Assembly (NCBI RefSeq): GCF_963921235.1
Contig: NC_086108.1
Coordinates: 70,744,001 to 70,808,000, forward strand
DNA: 64,000 nucleotides
Reading direction: 5' to 3'
Origin: Mobula hypostoma
Taxonomy: Eukaryota
Position 1 is the first letter of the stretch. The number at the start of each line of letters is the position of its first letter. The notes under the pieces are model-generated. The model saw nothing but the letters and a program-made list of their open reading frames with translations. It was not told the origin of the DNA and did no database searches. Of the stretch, positions 13,715-27,719 are shown one piece after another. The position numbers were made by a program, and so were the translations under genes.

Positions 13715-14222
13715 CACAAGAGATTTTGTGGATGCTGGAATTCCGGAGTAACACACACAAAATGCTGGAGGAGCTCAGCAGGTCAGGCAGCATCGATGGA
13801 GATGAATAAACAGTCGACGTTTTGGGGCGAGACTCGTCAGGACCGGAAGGGAAGGGGGAAGAAGCGTGAATGAGAAGGTGGGTGTGCAGTAGGGGAAGGA
13901 GTACAAGCTCTAAGGTGATAGGTGAAGCCAGGTGGGTGGAGGAAGGGGGGGGAAGTGAGAAGCTAAGAGGGGATGGGGGGAAAAGGTAAGGGGCTGGAGA
14001 AGGAGGAATCTGACAGAGGAGGGAGGACTATGAGAGAAAGGGAAGGAGAAGGGGCAACGGAGGGAGGTGATAGGCAGGTGAGGAGAAGAGAAGAGGTAAG
14101 GGGAGGTGCCCAGAGTGGGGAAAGGAGGGGGGGGTGGTGAAATTACTTGAAGTTGTAGAAGCCTATGTTCATGCCATCAGGTTGTAGGCCACTCAGACAG
14201 AATATGAAGTATTGCCCCTCCA
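13715..14222 (-). mobile_element. PLE 3' end (GIY-YIG C-terminus plus pLTR), hammerhead core damaged
   Basis: aaatgctggaggagctcagcaggtcaggcagcatc...cagtcgacgttttggggcgagactcgtcaggac and gttcatgccatcaggttg, homologous to 28859-29340. Confidence 0.8.
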
Positions 14223-14578
14223 AATATTTTTTAGTAATTACTGGACATGCTGCTGAGCGATGTACCTCAAGGTTAGTGTTATGGTGAAATGTAAATGTCG
14301 TCTATTGAAGATGTTGTTCAATTTCCCACATGGGGACACAGTCATTGACCAGAGAGACACGTGAGGATGCACATGCTGGAATCTGAAGCAACAGGCAATC
14401 TGCTGGAGGAACTCAGTTGTTTGAGAAGTATCTATAGGAAGAAAGGACTGGCAAATTTGTGCAGTGCAGCAATACATACGTGTTGTGAAGATAGATCTAC
14501 AAAACATTTGTGACGTTGGTGTGCTATGTACATTGAGATTTGTCTTTTCTGCTTCTGCCATGCAGCTTCCTATATTCT

Positions 14579-14710
14579 GCACGCAGTGGTGGAGATAGCC
14601 CGGTGATATTACCACGTCAAAGTAGTCGGCTGCTATGTGCACTTTATTCAGTTGTGTGCTCAACCTTCATTGTCCGTAGTTTGATTTTTGACCAGTTTAC
14701 TGAGAGAACA
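14579..14710. repeat. Right arm of the 132-bp inverted repeat
   Basis: Reverse complement of 10815-10946. Confidence 0.92.
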
Positions 14711-15229
14711 ACAATTTGCCTAAACTCCACTTCAAGAAGTGGCACTTGAAGTATCTGGGTTAACAAATCATGATCCAAATCAATCTACTGAGTTTGCCAC
14801 TTCACCACCAGAAATCTTATCAAAAGTAAATTTCTGCTCTGGGAAAAGATATATCTTGTTGCCAGGTTTATGCATTTGTGATTTTAGTCACGTGCCTTCC
14901 CCTTTCAGTAATGTTCTTACAAATTAGAAAATCAGTTCTCATCTCCTTTGATCAGTTACACATTGTGCAGGCATAAATTGGCTAAACTGAAGAGGATAAA
15001 TCTTTTCTTTAAATGCTAATTGTTAATATTTCAAGATGTAGCTGACAGATATATCTTGAAATATTCACAATTAGCATTCTCCAAGATGTGCTGCTTAAAG
15101 GCTTTGTATGAAGCAAGCTACTAGAAGGGAACCAAAGCCATCTTCAAGTAAAAATATTTCATGGTAGTTTGAAATAATTCTGTTATTTAGGTGTTCTTTC
15201 AACTGTAATTCATTTTCACATTGTGTGGT

Positions 15230-16050
15230 CAATCAGAATTAGATTTATTATCAGTGATATACGTAGTTGGGGAATTTGTTGTCTAAAAGTAGGCATAAAA
15301 ATTTCTGTAAGTTACAAAATAAATAATGTAAAAGACACATAATGAGGGTAGTGTTCATGGATTCAGGAACCATTCTGAAACCTGATGGCGGAGGGGAAGA
15401 AGCTGTTCTTAAAACACTGAGCGTGGCAAAACTGAAATGTCAATAATAATTTTCAAGATATGCCACATCAATAGAATAGGGCACATTGTAATCACGTCAC
15501 TGGGTATAGCTCAAAGTAAAATTATTATCAAAGTGCATATATGTCACCGTATACTGTGTTGAGATTCATTTTCTTGTGGGCATTCACAGTAGAACAAAGA
15601 AATCCAATAGAATTAATGAGAAACGATACACAGACAAAGATGGACAGACAACCAATATACAAAGAAAGACCAACTGTACGAATACACAGTAGTAAGTAAG
15701 TAAAGAAAAAATACTGCGAGCACGAGTTGGAGAGTCTTTGAAAGTGGAATTAGGTCAGAACAGAGATGATTGAAGTTATCCACACTGGTTCAGGAGTCTG
15801 ATGACTGAAGGAGAATAACTATTCCTGAACCTGGTGATGAGGGTCCCAAGGCTGCTGTACTGGCAGCAGCGAACAGAGAGCATGGTCTAGATGCTGGGGG
15901 TCCTTCATAATGGATGGTGCTTTCTTCTGGTAGCACTTTTTCTAGATGTGCTCAGTGGTGGGGAGGACTTCACCCGTGATGGACTGGACTGTATCCACCA
16001 CTGTTTGTTGGCTTTTCTGTTCTTGTGCATTGGTGCTTCCACACTGATGA
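15230..16050 (-). mobile_element. Degraded Rex1/Babar-type 3' fragments
   Basis: 3' UTR motifs (ttagatttattatca, ctgatggcggaggggaagaagctgttc, ttcctgaacctggtg) shared with the other Rex1-like copies in the window. Confidence 0.55.
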
Positions 16051-16085
16051 TGCACGAATGAAGTCACCAGAGAGAAGCAGTGGTA

Positions 16086-19068
16086 GACATAGAAACATAG
16101 AAAACCTATAGCACAATACAGGCCCTTCGGCCCACAATGCTGTGCCTAACATGTCCTTACCTTAGAAATTACCTAGGGTTACCCATAGCCCTCTATATTT
16201 CTAAGCTCCATGTACCTATCCAGGAGTCTCGTAAAAGACCCTATCGTATCCGCCCCCACCACTGTCGCTGGCAGCCCATTCCACGCACTCACCACTCTCT
16301 GTGTAAAAAACTTACCCCTGACATCTCCTCTGTAATACTTCCAAGCATCTTAAAACTGTGCCCTCTCATGTTAGCCATTTCAGCCCTGGGAAAAAACCTC
16401 TGACTATCCACACGATCATTGCCTCTCATCACCTTATACACCTCTATCAGGTCACCTGTCATCTTCTGTTGCTCCAGGGAGAAAGGGCCAAGTTCACTCA
16501 ATCTATTCTCATAAGGCATGCTCTCCAATCCAGATAATATCCTCGTAAATCTCCTCTGCACCCTTTCTATAGTTTCCATATCCTTCCTGTAGTGAGGTGA
16601 CCAGAACTGAGCACAGTACTCCAAGTGAGGTCTGACCAGGGTCCTATATAGCTGCAACATTACCTTTCACCTCCTAACCTCAATCCCACGATTGATGAAG
16701 GACAATGCACTGTATGCCTTCTTAACCACAGAGTCAACCTGCACAGCAGCTTTGAGTGTCCTATGGGCTTGGACCCCAAGATCCCTCTGACCCTCCACAC
16801 TGCCAAGATTCTTACCATTAATACTATATATTCTGCCATCATATTTGACCTACCAAAATGAACCAACTCACACTTATCTGGGTTGAACTCCATTTGCCAC
16901 TTCTCAGCCCAGTTTTCCATATTATCAATGTCCTGCTGTAACTTCTGACAGCCCTCCACACTATCCACAACACCCCCAACCTTTGTGTCATCAGCAAATT
17001 TACTAACCTATCCCTCCACCTCCTCATCCAGGTCTTTTATAAAAATCACAAAGAGAAGGGGTCCCAGAACAGATCCCTGAGGCACTCCACTGGTCACCGG
17101 CCTCCATGCAGAATATGACCCATCTACAACCACTCTTTGCCTTCTGTGGGCAAGCCAGTTCTGGATCCACAAAGCAATGTCCTTTTGGATCCCATGCCTC
17201 ATTACTTTCTTAATAAGCCTTGCATCGGGTACCTTATCAAATGCCTTGCTGAAATCTATATACATGACATCTACTGCTCTACCTTCATCAATGTGTTTAG
17301 TCACATCCTCAAAAAATTCAGTCAGGCTTGTAAGGCACTACTTGCCTTTGACAAAGCCATGCTGACTATACCTAATCATATTACGCCTCTCCAAATGTTC
17401 ATAATTCTTGCCTCTCAGGATCTTCCCCATCAATTTACCAACAACTGAAGTAAGACTCACTGATCTATAATTTCCTGGGCTACCTCTACTCTCTTTCTTA
17501 AATAAGGGAACAACATCTGCAACCCTCCAATCCTCCGGAACCATTGATGATGCAAAGATCATCACCAGAGGCTTAGCAATCTCCTCCCTCACCTCCCACA
17601 GTAGCCTAGAGTACATCTCATCTGGTCCCGGTGACTTATCCAACTTGATGCTTTCCAAAAGCTCCAACACATCCTCTTTCTTAATATCTACATGCTCAAG
17701 CTTTTCAGTCCACTATAGGTCATCCCTACAATCACCGAGATCCTTTTCCGTAGTAAATACTGAAGCAAAGTATTCATTAAGTACCTCTGCTATCTCCTCC
17801 AGTTCCATACACACTTTTCCACTATCACTCTAGATTGGTCCTATTCTCTCACGTCTTATCCTCTTACTCTTCACATACTGGTAGAATGCCTTGGAGTTTT
17901 GCTTAATCCTGTACGCCAAAGCTTCTCCCTAGGCCTCCCGTCCCATGATCCTCTTATATCCCTTTTGCCAATCAACTTTCCAGCTCTTAGCTCCATCCCT
18001 CCCCCTCCTGTCTTCTCCTATCATTTTGGATCTCCCCCTCCCCCTCCCACTTTCAAATCTCTTACTAGCTCTTCTTTCAGTTAGTCCTGATGAAGGGTCT
18101 CGGTCCAAAATGTCAACTGTACCTCTTCCTATAGATGCTGCCTGGCCTGCTGCCTTCACCAGCATTTTTTATGTGTGTTGCTTGAAATTCCAGCATCTGC
18201 AGATTTCCTCGTGTATGGCCCCTTCTGGCTCTCCTAATTTCATTCTTAAACTCCTTTCTGCTAGCCTTATATTCTTCTAGATCTCTATCATTACCTAGTT
18301 TTTTGAACCTTTCGTAAGCTTTTCTTTTCTTCTTGACTAGATTTACAACAGCCTTTGTACACCACTGTTCCTGTACCCTACCATCCTTTCCCTGTCTCAT
18401 TGGAACGTACTTATGCAGAACTCCACCCAAATATCCCCTGAACATCTGCCACATTTCTTCTGTACAATTCCCTGAGAACATCTGTTCCCAATTTATGATT
18501 TCAAGTTCCTGCTTGATAGCCTCATATTTCCCCTTACTCCAATTAAACACTTTTCTAACTTGTCTGTTCCTATCCCTCTCCAGTGCTATGGTAACGGAGA
18601 TAGAATTGTGATCACTATCTCCAAAATGCTCTCCCACTGAGAGACCCGACACCTGATCAGGTTTATTTCCCAATACCAGATCAAGTACAGCCTCGCCTCT
18701 TGTAGGCTTATCTACATATTGTGTCAAGAAACCTTCCTGAACAAACTCCATCCCATCTAAACCTTTTGCTCTAGGGAGATGCCAATCGATATTTGGGAAA
18801 TTAAAGTCTCCCACCACAACAACCCTGTTATTATTACATCATCCAGAATCTGTCTCCCTATCTGCTCCTCGGTGTTCCTGTTACTATTGGCTGGTCTATA
18901 AAAAACACCCAGTAGAATTATTGACCCCTTCCTGTTCCTAACTTCTACCCACAGAGACGCAGTAGACAATCCCTCCATGACTTCCTCCTTTTCTGCAGTC
19001 GTGACACTATCTCTTATCAACAGTGCCACACCCCCACCTCTTTTGCCTCCCTCCCCGTCCTTTCTGAA
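16086..19068 (-). mobile_element. HER1/CR1 LINE, 5'-truncated ORF2 (APE+RT), frameshifted
   Basis: ORF pieces VGDFNFPNIDW and SDHN (APE); [30 protein letters not shown] and RPHLEYCAQFWSP (RT); (ATAGAAAC)n tail at 16086. Confidence 0.95.
17927..18213 (+). mobile_element. PLE pLTR inserted into the CR1 copy; hammerhead core mutated (GAAA to AAAA)
   Basis: agtcCTGATGAagggtctcggtccAAAAtgtcaact at 18083-18118. The insert interrupts CR1 ORF2. Confidence 0.85.
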
Positions 19069-19526
19069 AAGTCTCTTTATTTGAAGCAGTCTCACAGTCT
19101 CTTTATTTGTCAAAATATCACAAATAAGCTTTTGGAGTCATGAGAGGAAGAGAGGAGAGGAAAAAAGAGACCCTTTTGAAGCAAGGGCTGATTGACCCAA
19201 CACTATGCAACTTTTTATGTGCTAAAAATCAAAGAAAATTCAGGACAATTCAATCAAATCCATATTTACAATGCTTCCTTTGAACTATATGTAACAGTTT
19301 CAAAAACCTGGACCTTCCTACCGTCACATCCAAAATAAGTGTTAATTACTGTCATATCCATGTTGATTTGAATTATGCATATGTAGACAATCAGTTAAAT
19401 GCCCTGCATTTTGCTGCTCTAAGCTGCACTTAAAATTTAATCGCCAATGCATATTCGAATTTAGTTGCTGAAGTCAGTATTTTGTATTGCTGTATGTCCT
19501 GAACCCAAAAATTGCTCTAACACATA

Positions 19527-19873
19527 CCAGGTCATGATGCAGCCAGTCAGTATACTGTCGACCTCATATCTATAGAAGTTTGTCAAAGTTTTAGCTAGCA
19601 TGCTGTTATCTGTGCAAATTTAGAAAGTAGAGGCACTGTTGTGCCTTCTTTGTAATAGCACTTACATGCTAGTCCCAGGATAGATCCTCTGCTGTAATGA
19701 CAAGGAATTTAAAATTTCTGACCCTCTCCACCTCCAGTCCCCGAATGAGGACTGGCTCTTGGGCCTCCAGTTTCTTCCTCCTGTAGTCAATAATCAACTC
19801 TTTGGTTTTACTAACATCGAACGAGAAGTTGTTGTGGCACCACTCAATCAGATTTTCAAATTCCCTCCTATAT
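19527..19873 (-). mobile_element. Rex1/Babar RT C-terminal fragment
   Basis: AYRREFENLIEWCHNNFSFDVSKTKELIIDYRRK. Confidence 0.8.
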
Positions 19874-20444
19874 GCCACAAAATAATCTTTGTTTAATGGA
19901 AATTTATTCCATCTGCATTAAACCTATTGACATCAAAAATATGCAGGCAGCTTTCTGGCAAGTTGGTTCTGTTACTGCTTTTATAAGGAGAATATTATTT
20001 TTCTGTGCAACAACTCATGGCACGTACAAGCAGCACTTAAAATCTTTTAATACTACTTAAAAGGTCATAATGTATAATAATAAAAGGATTTTTTTTCTAT
20101 TTGGTTTTACACTTGCAATTAAAAATATCATTAATTATATAAAGAGCCATGAAGCACTGGATGGTGGGAATTTAGGAAGATAAAATTTATAAAACAGTAG
20201 AAATAAATGTACAAACTTGAGATATTAATATATTTTGTTGTCTTACACAACGGTCATATGAAGACTTATGAGTGGATTGTGAATTTAGTACATTAAATAC
20301 TTGAGGATAGATTCAGTGAGCTTGACTTAGGCTTACTATATAACAGCTTATTCAATATGGTTTTCTAAAAAATACATACCTTAACAAATCACAGTTATTA
20401 ACATTTAAGGAGAAATCGTGTAGATACCGTATGGCAGGTGGAAC

Positions 20445-22940
20445 ACTGGCTCATGTTATGGGGGACTTCAACATGCAGGTAGACTGGAGGAATCAGGTTG
20501 GTACTGGACCCCAAGAAAGGGAGTTTGTGGAGTCCCTCTGAGATGGATTCTTAGAACAGCTTGTACTGGAGCCTACCAGAGAGAACGCAATTCTAGGTTT
20601 AGTGTTGTGCAATGAACCGGATTTGATCAGGGACCTCAAGGTAAAGGAGCCATTAGGAGGTAGTGACCATAATATGATAAGTTTTAATCTACAATTTGAG
20701 AGGGAGAAGGGAAGCTCGGAAGTGTCAGTATTACAGTTGAACAAAGGGAACTATGGTGCTATGAGGGAGGAGCTGGCCAAAGTTCAATGGAACAATACCC
20801 TAGCAGGGAAGACAGTGGAACAGCAATGGCAAGTGTTTCTGGGAATAATGCGGAAGGTGCAGGATCAGTTCGTTCCAAAGAGGAAGAAAGATTCTAAGGG
20901 GAGTAAGGGGAGGCCGTGACTGACAAGGGAAGTAATGGACAGTATAAAAATAAAAGAGAAGAAGTATAACATAGCAAAGACGAGTGGGAAGCTGGAGGAT
21001 TGGAAAATTTTAAAGAGCAACAGAAGGTAACTAAAAAGGCAATACGTGGAGAAAAAATGAGGTACGAAGGTAAACTAGCCAAGAATATAAAGGAGGATAG
21101 TAAAAGCTTCTTTAGGTATGTGAAAAGGAAAAAAATAGTTGAGACCAAAATTGGGCCCTTGAAGACAGAAGCGGGTGAATTTATCATGGGGAACAAGGAA
21201 ATGACAGACGAGTTGAACAGGTACTTTGGATCTGTCTTCACTAGGGAAGACACAAACAATCTCCCAGATGTAATAGTGGCCAAAGGACCTAGGGAAATAG
21301 ATGAATTGAAGGAAATTTATATTAGGCAGGAAATGGTGTTGGATAGGCTATTGGGTCTGAAGGCTGATAAGTCCCCAGGACCTGATCGTCTCCGTCCCAG
21401 GGTACTTAAGGAGGTGGCTTTAGAAATCGTGGACGCATTGGTAATCATTTTCCAATGTTCTATAGATTCAGGATCAGTTCCTGTGGATTGGAGGGTGGCT
21501 AATGTTGTCCCTTTCTTCAGGAAGGGAGGAAGAGAGAAAACAGGGAATTATAGACCAGTTAGCCTGACGTCGGTGGTGGGAAAGATGCTGGAGTCAATTA
21601 TAAAAGATGAAATTACAACACATCTGGATAGTAGTAACAGGATTGGTCCAAGTCAGCATGGATTTACGAAGGGGAAATCGTACTTGACTAATCTTCTGGA
21701 ATTTTTTGAGGATGTAACTATGAAAATGGACAGGGGAGAGCCAGTGGATGTGGTGTACCTGGACTTTCAGAGAGCCTTTGATAGGAGATTAGTGGGCAAA
21801 ATTAGGGCACATGGTATTGGGGGCAGAGTACTGACATGGATTGAAAATTGACTGACTGACAGAAAACAAAGAGTAGCGATTAACAGGTCCCTTTCGGAAT
21901 GGCAGGCGGTGACCAGTGGGTACCGCAGGGTTCAGTGCTGGGACCGCAGCTGTTTACAATATATATTAATGATTTAGATGAGGGAATTAAAAGTAACATT
22001 AGCAAATTTGCCGATGACACAAAGCTGGGTGGCAGTGTAAAATGTGAGGAGGATGTTATAAGAATGCAGGGTGACTTGGACAGGCTGGGCAAGTGGGCAG
22101 ATGCATGGAAGATGCAGTTTAATGTGGATAAATGTGAGGTTATCCACTTTGGTGGTAAGAACGGGAAGACAGATTATTATCTAAATGGAGTCAAGTTAGG
22201 AAAAGGGGAAACACAACGAGATCTAGGTGTTCTTATACATCAGTCACTGAAAGCAAGCATGCAGGTACAGCAGGCAGTGAAGAAAGCTAATGGCATGCTG
22301 GCCTTCATAACAAGGGGAATTGAGTATAAGAGCAAAGAGGTCCTTCTGCAGCTGTACAGGGCCCTGGTGAGACCACACCTGGAGTACTGTGTGCAGTTTT
22401 GGTCTCCAAATTTGAGGAAGGACATTCTTGCTATTGAGGGAATGCAGCGTAGGTTCACAAGGTTAATTCCCGGGATGGCGGGACTGTCATATGTCAAAAG
22501 ATTGGAGCAATTGGGCTTGTATACTCTGGAATTTAGAAGGCTGAGAGGGGATCTTATTGAAACATATAAGACTATTAAGGGATTGGACACGCTGCAGGCA
22601 GGAAGCATGTTCCCACTGATGGGTGGGTCCAGAACCAGAGGTCACAGTTTAAGAATTAGGGGTAGGCCCTTTAGGACGGAGTTGAGGAAAAACTTTTTCA
22701 CCCAGAGAGTGGTGGATATATGGAATGCTCTGCCCCAGAAGGCTGTGGAGGCCAAGTCTCTGGATGCTTTCAAGAAAGAGATGGATAGAGCTCTTAAAGA
22801 TAGTGGAATCAAAGGTTATGGGGATAAGGCAAGAACTGGATACTGATTGTGGATGATCAGCCATGATCACAGTGAATGGCGGTGCTGGCTCGAAGGGCCG
22901 AATGGCCTACTCCTGCACCTATTGTCTATTGTCTATTGTC
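20445..22940 (+). mobile_element. Young CR1-clade LINE, 5'-truncated ORF2, (CTATTGT)n tail
   Basis: MGDFN and GSDHN (APE); ORFs 21000-21851 and 21899-22846 with [23 protein letters not shown] and SKFADDTK; tail ctattgtctattgtctattgtc ending at 22940. Confidence 0.96.
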
Positions 22941-25173
22941 ATAAAAGGGCAGAAAAGAGTAGGGAGGATAGGATGTAGGCAATAAAGAAAAATAGATCCT
23001 CTAAGTGCTGCTGAATTTCATTGCTATCCTCATGTTATCACCAATATGAAACTAAAGTGAGGTAAATCTCCTGAATCTAATTTGGAACATGTAAATCATC
23101 TGACTATTTTACTTTCTGGTGGTCAGAGTCCAGCCAATTTGTGGAATATGACTGATAAGCTATAGCACTGTCCCTAATACCATGGGTTTCTGTCAAACGT
23201 GTTCAAATAATGTTTACAATATAGAAATAAACATAGCCATGGTTCATAAAATGAACACCAGAAATCAAAATGAATGCTATAAAGTATCTAGGCTAAACAA
23301 TAGTAAAATTGCTAGCAAAGAAAATAATCTGCATTACAGTTAGTTGAATATTAGTAATACTTACAATCATAATTATTTCAATATCCTCCTATTTATAAAT
23401 CGCCATCTTCAAATGTGAAAGGCAATGTAATGAAAGTTATTTGACAGATATATAGTTGGTTCCCACTTACAGAACCTCATTTAATTCTAGGCAACGGATT
23501 TTTGGAAGAATTTACTGAGCTTACAGAAAATGAAAGATAATACGAGGAATAAGACAGTAATATTATCAGCTCAGGTTACATAATTATATTTGCATTCCTT
23601 TCTTTCTGCAAAATTTAATATGGATGACTAGAAGACAGAGTTGAGAAAAATAAATATTTCCTTGTCAGGAGTTTCTAAAAAGAAGATATGACCATAAAAC
23701 TGTTGTATAGCTTTACAAATCTATTTCATCCATGGGTACCTGGAAGCACTTCCCCAGAAAGCCATTAAAGTCAAAACAAACTAACATACTGAGATTGATC
23801 TATGGATACAGGTCTGCCAGGATCTAATTGAATGGCAGAATAGACTGGAGGAGTTAATCTACACCCGTTTCCTGTGCTCCCCTCGTTCATTACAGCCTTG
23901 GCATCACCTGAAACTGCACCCTTCAACCATAAGATATATAGGAACAGAATTAGGCCACTTGGCCCATAGGGTGCTCTACCATTCAATCATATTTAAAATT
24001 TCCAACTCCATTCTCCCATCTTCTCTCTGTAACTCTTAAACCCTTTTCCAATCAAGAACCTATCAATCTCTGCCTTAAATACATCCAATGACTTACTCTA
24101 GAATAAATTTCAAAAAGCACCCCAATACCTGTCATTGCCTCTTTAGAATCACCAATTCCGTCTGTCTCACTGTTTTTTCTTGCCAATCTTCCCACCCAGA
24201 ATGTTGCTGGACGGTCTTCAACTCAGTCCTATTGCCCCTTTTGCCTTCCGCTGACAATTCAACAATAACCACTCTCATCTGCAATTCCCTCTAAGGTTCC
24301 TATTCAATCATCTGTACTTCCAACTCCGAACTAGAACCTGGATACATGATTATTGTACCTCTGTAGTTCTTACTTTGTTCTTGTCTATAGAATGTAAAGC
24401 ACATAAACAGACAACTCAGCTGCATCATGTACCTTCTCTGTGAACCCCCTTCCAAACCTTCTTTATCTAAACATGTGTTTTCCATCATTTTCTTCCTCTT
24501 GTGCTTATCCTCGTGTGCCGTACATATATCTATACTACAAACATACATACCATATAGATGTTTCTACATACATATATGTCAATTATTCCCTGTGGGAGTG
24601 TGTTTTGCAAAATAAATGTTCTCATGTTAAGAAGGCATTGTGTAACCAGTGATTATTCTTGTGTGTGAGTAACTAGCCTTGCTTATCCCGCAGAAGGAAG
24701 TATTTTCCCCCCTCCCCACATAACCTGTCAAGCATTTTCAGAATTTACCCCTCAGTCACTTCAGTTCCGAAGAAAAGGCATTACACTATTTCATTTTCCT
24801 GATAACTCTGATAAAGAATAATGAGCCATCTCCAGTGTCTCCACATGCAGTACATCAACCTCGAATTAGCTCTCATATGCCTTTGTAGGATTATTGGTTG
24901 CACAGGATCTCTAGTGATCTCCCTCATAGGCTGGGCCTACGGGTGTGGCTTCTCATCAGGAGTTCTTCATTATTATTAGTTATTTGGTTCTGGTGTGCCC
25001 TCTCTTATTAATTCTGTTCTGTTGCTGTTTTACCCTGAGCTAAGTGAAGGAAGAGTGACAGTAGAAATATACTGGCAGGGATGTGATATGGCAGGATGCA
25101 GGTGTTACAAGTAGTAACACTTTTCAACTCTGAAGCTATCCACGATCCCACTTGAGCAATGGCCTTGGAGAGT

Positions 25174-27481
25174 ACTTTATACTTTATTGTCGCCAATCAA
25201 TTAATACTGGAATGTACAATCATCACAGCCATATTTGATTCTGCGCTTCCTGCTCCCTGGATTACAAATATTAAATATTAAAAATAGTAAAAATTAGTAA
25301 ATATTAAAAATTTAAATTATAAATCATAAATAGAAAATAGAAAAATGGAAAGTAAGGTAGTGCAAAAAAACCGAGAGGCAGGTCCGGATATTTGGAGGTT
25401 ACGGCCCAGATCTGGGTCAGGATCCGTTCAGCAGTCTTATCGCAGTTGGAAAGAAGCTGTTCCCAAATCTGGCCGTACGAGTCTTCAAGCTACTGAACCT
25501 TCTCCCGGAGGGAAGAGGGACGAAAAGTGTGTTGGCTGGGTGGGTCGTGACCTTGATTATCCTGGCAGCACTGCTCCGACAGCGTGCGGTGTAAAGTGAG
25601 TCCACGGTCGGAAGATTGGTTTGTGTGATGTGCTGCGCCGTGTTCACGATCTTTTGCAGCTTCTTTCGGTCTTGGACAGGACAACTTCCATACCAGGTTG
25701 TGATGCACCCTAGAAGAATGCTTTCTATGGTGCATCTATAAAAATTAGTGAGGGTTTTAGGGGACAGGCCAAATTTCTTTAGTTTTCTCAGGAAGTAAAG
25801 GCACTGGTGGGCCTTCTTGGCAGTGAACTCTGCTTGGTTGGACCAAGTCAGGTCATTTGTGATATTGACCCCGAGGAACTTAAAGCTTTTGACCTGTTCC
25901 ACTTGCGCACCACTGATGTAAATTGGGTCGTGTGGTCCGCTACTCCTTCTGAAGTCAACAACCAATTCCTTCGTCTTGCCGACGTTGAGGGATAGGTTAT
26001 TGTCTTCGCACCATGCCACCAGGTTCTTAATTTCCTCTCGGTACTCAAACTCATCATTACCCGAGATACGGCGTACAATTATTGTGTCATCAGCAAACTT
26101 ATATATTGAGTTTGATGGAAACTTGGCTACACAATCATGGGTCTACAGTGAGTACAGCAGGGGGCTGAGTACACAGCCTTGTGGGGCACCGGTGCTCAGA
26201 GTGATTGTAGAGGAGACCTTGTCCCTATTTTTACAGCCTGGGTCCTGAATGTGAGGAAGTTGAAGGTCCAGCTGCAGATCTGAGTGCTAAGGCCCAGGTT
26301 CCAGAGCTTAGGAATCGGTTTATTTGGAATGATGGTATTAAAGGCAGAGCTGTAGTCAATGAAAAGGAGCCTTACGTATGCGTCTTTATTCTCCAGGTGT
26401 TCGAAGGAGGAATGTAGGGCCAGAGAGATGGCATCTGCCGTTGACCTGTTGCTCCGGTAGGCGAATTGCAAAGCTTCGAGGTTGACCGGTAGGCTGTAGT
26501 TGATGTGTGCCATAACCAATCTCTTGAAGCACTTCATAGCAATTGATGTCAGAGCCACAGTTCGATAGTCATTCAGGCATGCCACCTTGCTCTTCTTTGG
26601 CACTGGGATTGTCGTTGCCTTCTTAAAACACGAGGGGATCTTAGACTGAAACAAGGAGCAGTTGAAGATGTCAGCAAACACTCCAGCTAGCCGCTTGCAC
26701 AGGCCCGGAGAACACATCCTGGGACACCATCTGGGCCCGTCGCCTTCCTTGGGTTTATCTTCAGGAAGGCCCTTCTAACGTCCTCCTCGGTGACGATGAA
26801 TCTCGATGCCACCAGGTCCGGTTCATCCGGAGGGAGTGGGACGCTCCTCTTCTGTTCGAAGCTTGTGTAGAATATGTTAAGTTCGACAGGAAGAGAAGTG
26901 CCACAGTTATTGATATTCCCAGCCTTTTCTTTGCACCCAGTGATCTCATTTAGACCCTGCCATAGTCTACTAGCAACCCTCTGGTTAGCCTGGGTTTCCA
27001 ACTTGGCTCAATATTGCCTCTTGGCGCCCTTAATGGCTTTCCGGAGTTCACGCCTGGATTCCGTGTAGCGACTGGTATTCGCAGACCTAAAAGCCACAGC
27101 TCTAGCCTTTAAAAGGGACTTGACCTCATAATTCATCCAAGGTTTCCAGATAGGGAATACCCGGATCGTCTTGCGAGACACACAGTCCTCCGTGCATTTC
27201 CAAATAAAGTCCGTGACAGCTGAGGCATACTCATCGAGGTTAGCTGCTGAGTCCTTGAATACTAACCAGTCCACCGATTCAAAGCAGTCACGTAGGACCT
27301 CATCCGTTTCCTCTGTCCAACGCGACAATACTTTTGACACCGTGACCTCCCGCTTCAGTTTCTGTTTGTAAGCCGGGAGGAGGAGTACGGCCTGATGGTC
27401 CGATTTTCCGAAGTGAGGTCGTGGGACGGAACAGTAGGCATCCTTGACTGCTGTGTAGCAGTGGTCAGGTATATTTGGGCC
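25174..27481 (-). mobile_element. Rex1/Babar LINE, 5'-truncated, few frameshifts
   Basis: KSDHQAV (end of APE), KATGPDGVPG, LFIDYSSAFNTII, YKFADD, SKTKELVVDFR-like segment and NFYRCTIESILLGCITTWYG. Plus-strand ctttatacttta marks the 3' tail. Confidence 0.93.
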
Positions 27482-27719
27482 AATATTGAATATTGGATAT
27501 TCAAGTATATTCAGTGGTCAAGTAAGGATTGTGTGTCCTTGCAGGACAACTTGTATTGATCAGCATAATTTGCTGTCTGTGGTGGAATCTCCTTTGGTTC
27601 CTGCATAAGATGGAGCTGACGTGGTGCTTATTTAGTGACATTCATACAGTTGGTGTGGTCAGTGCAGTGTGGCATATGGAATCCTACACCTGCAAAGAAG
27701 AATAAAATGCTGATAGCGC

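Noticed and set aside
23790..23908. Possible minus-strand exon (GDAKAVMNEGSTG...)
   Set aside because: Splice-like ends only, with no recognisable homology.
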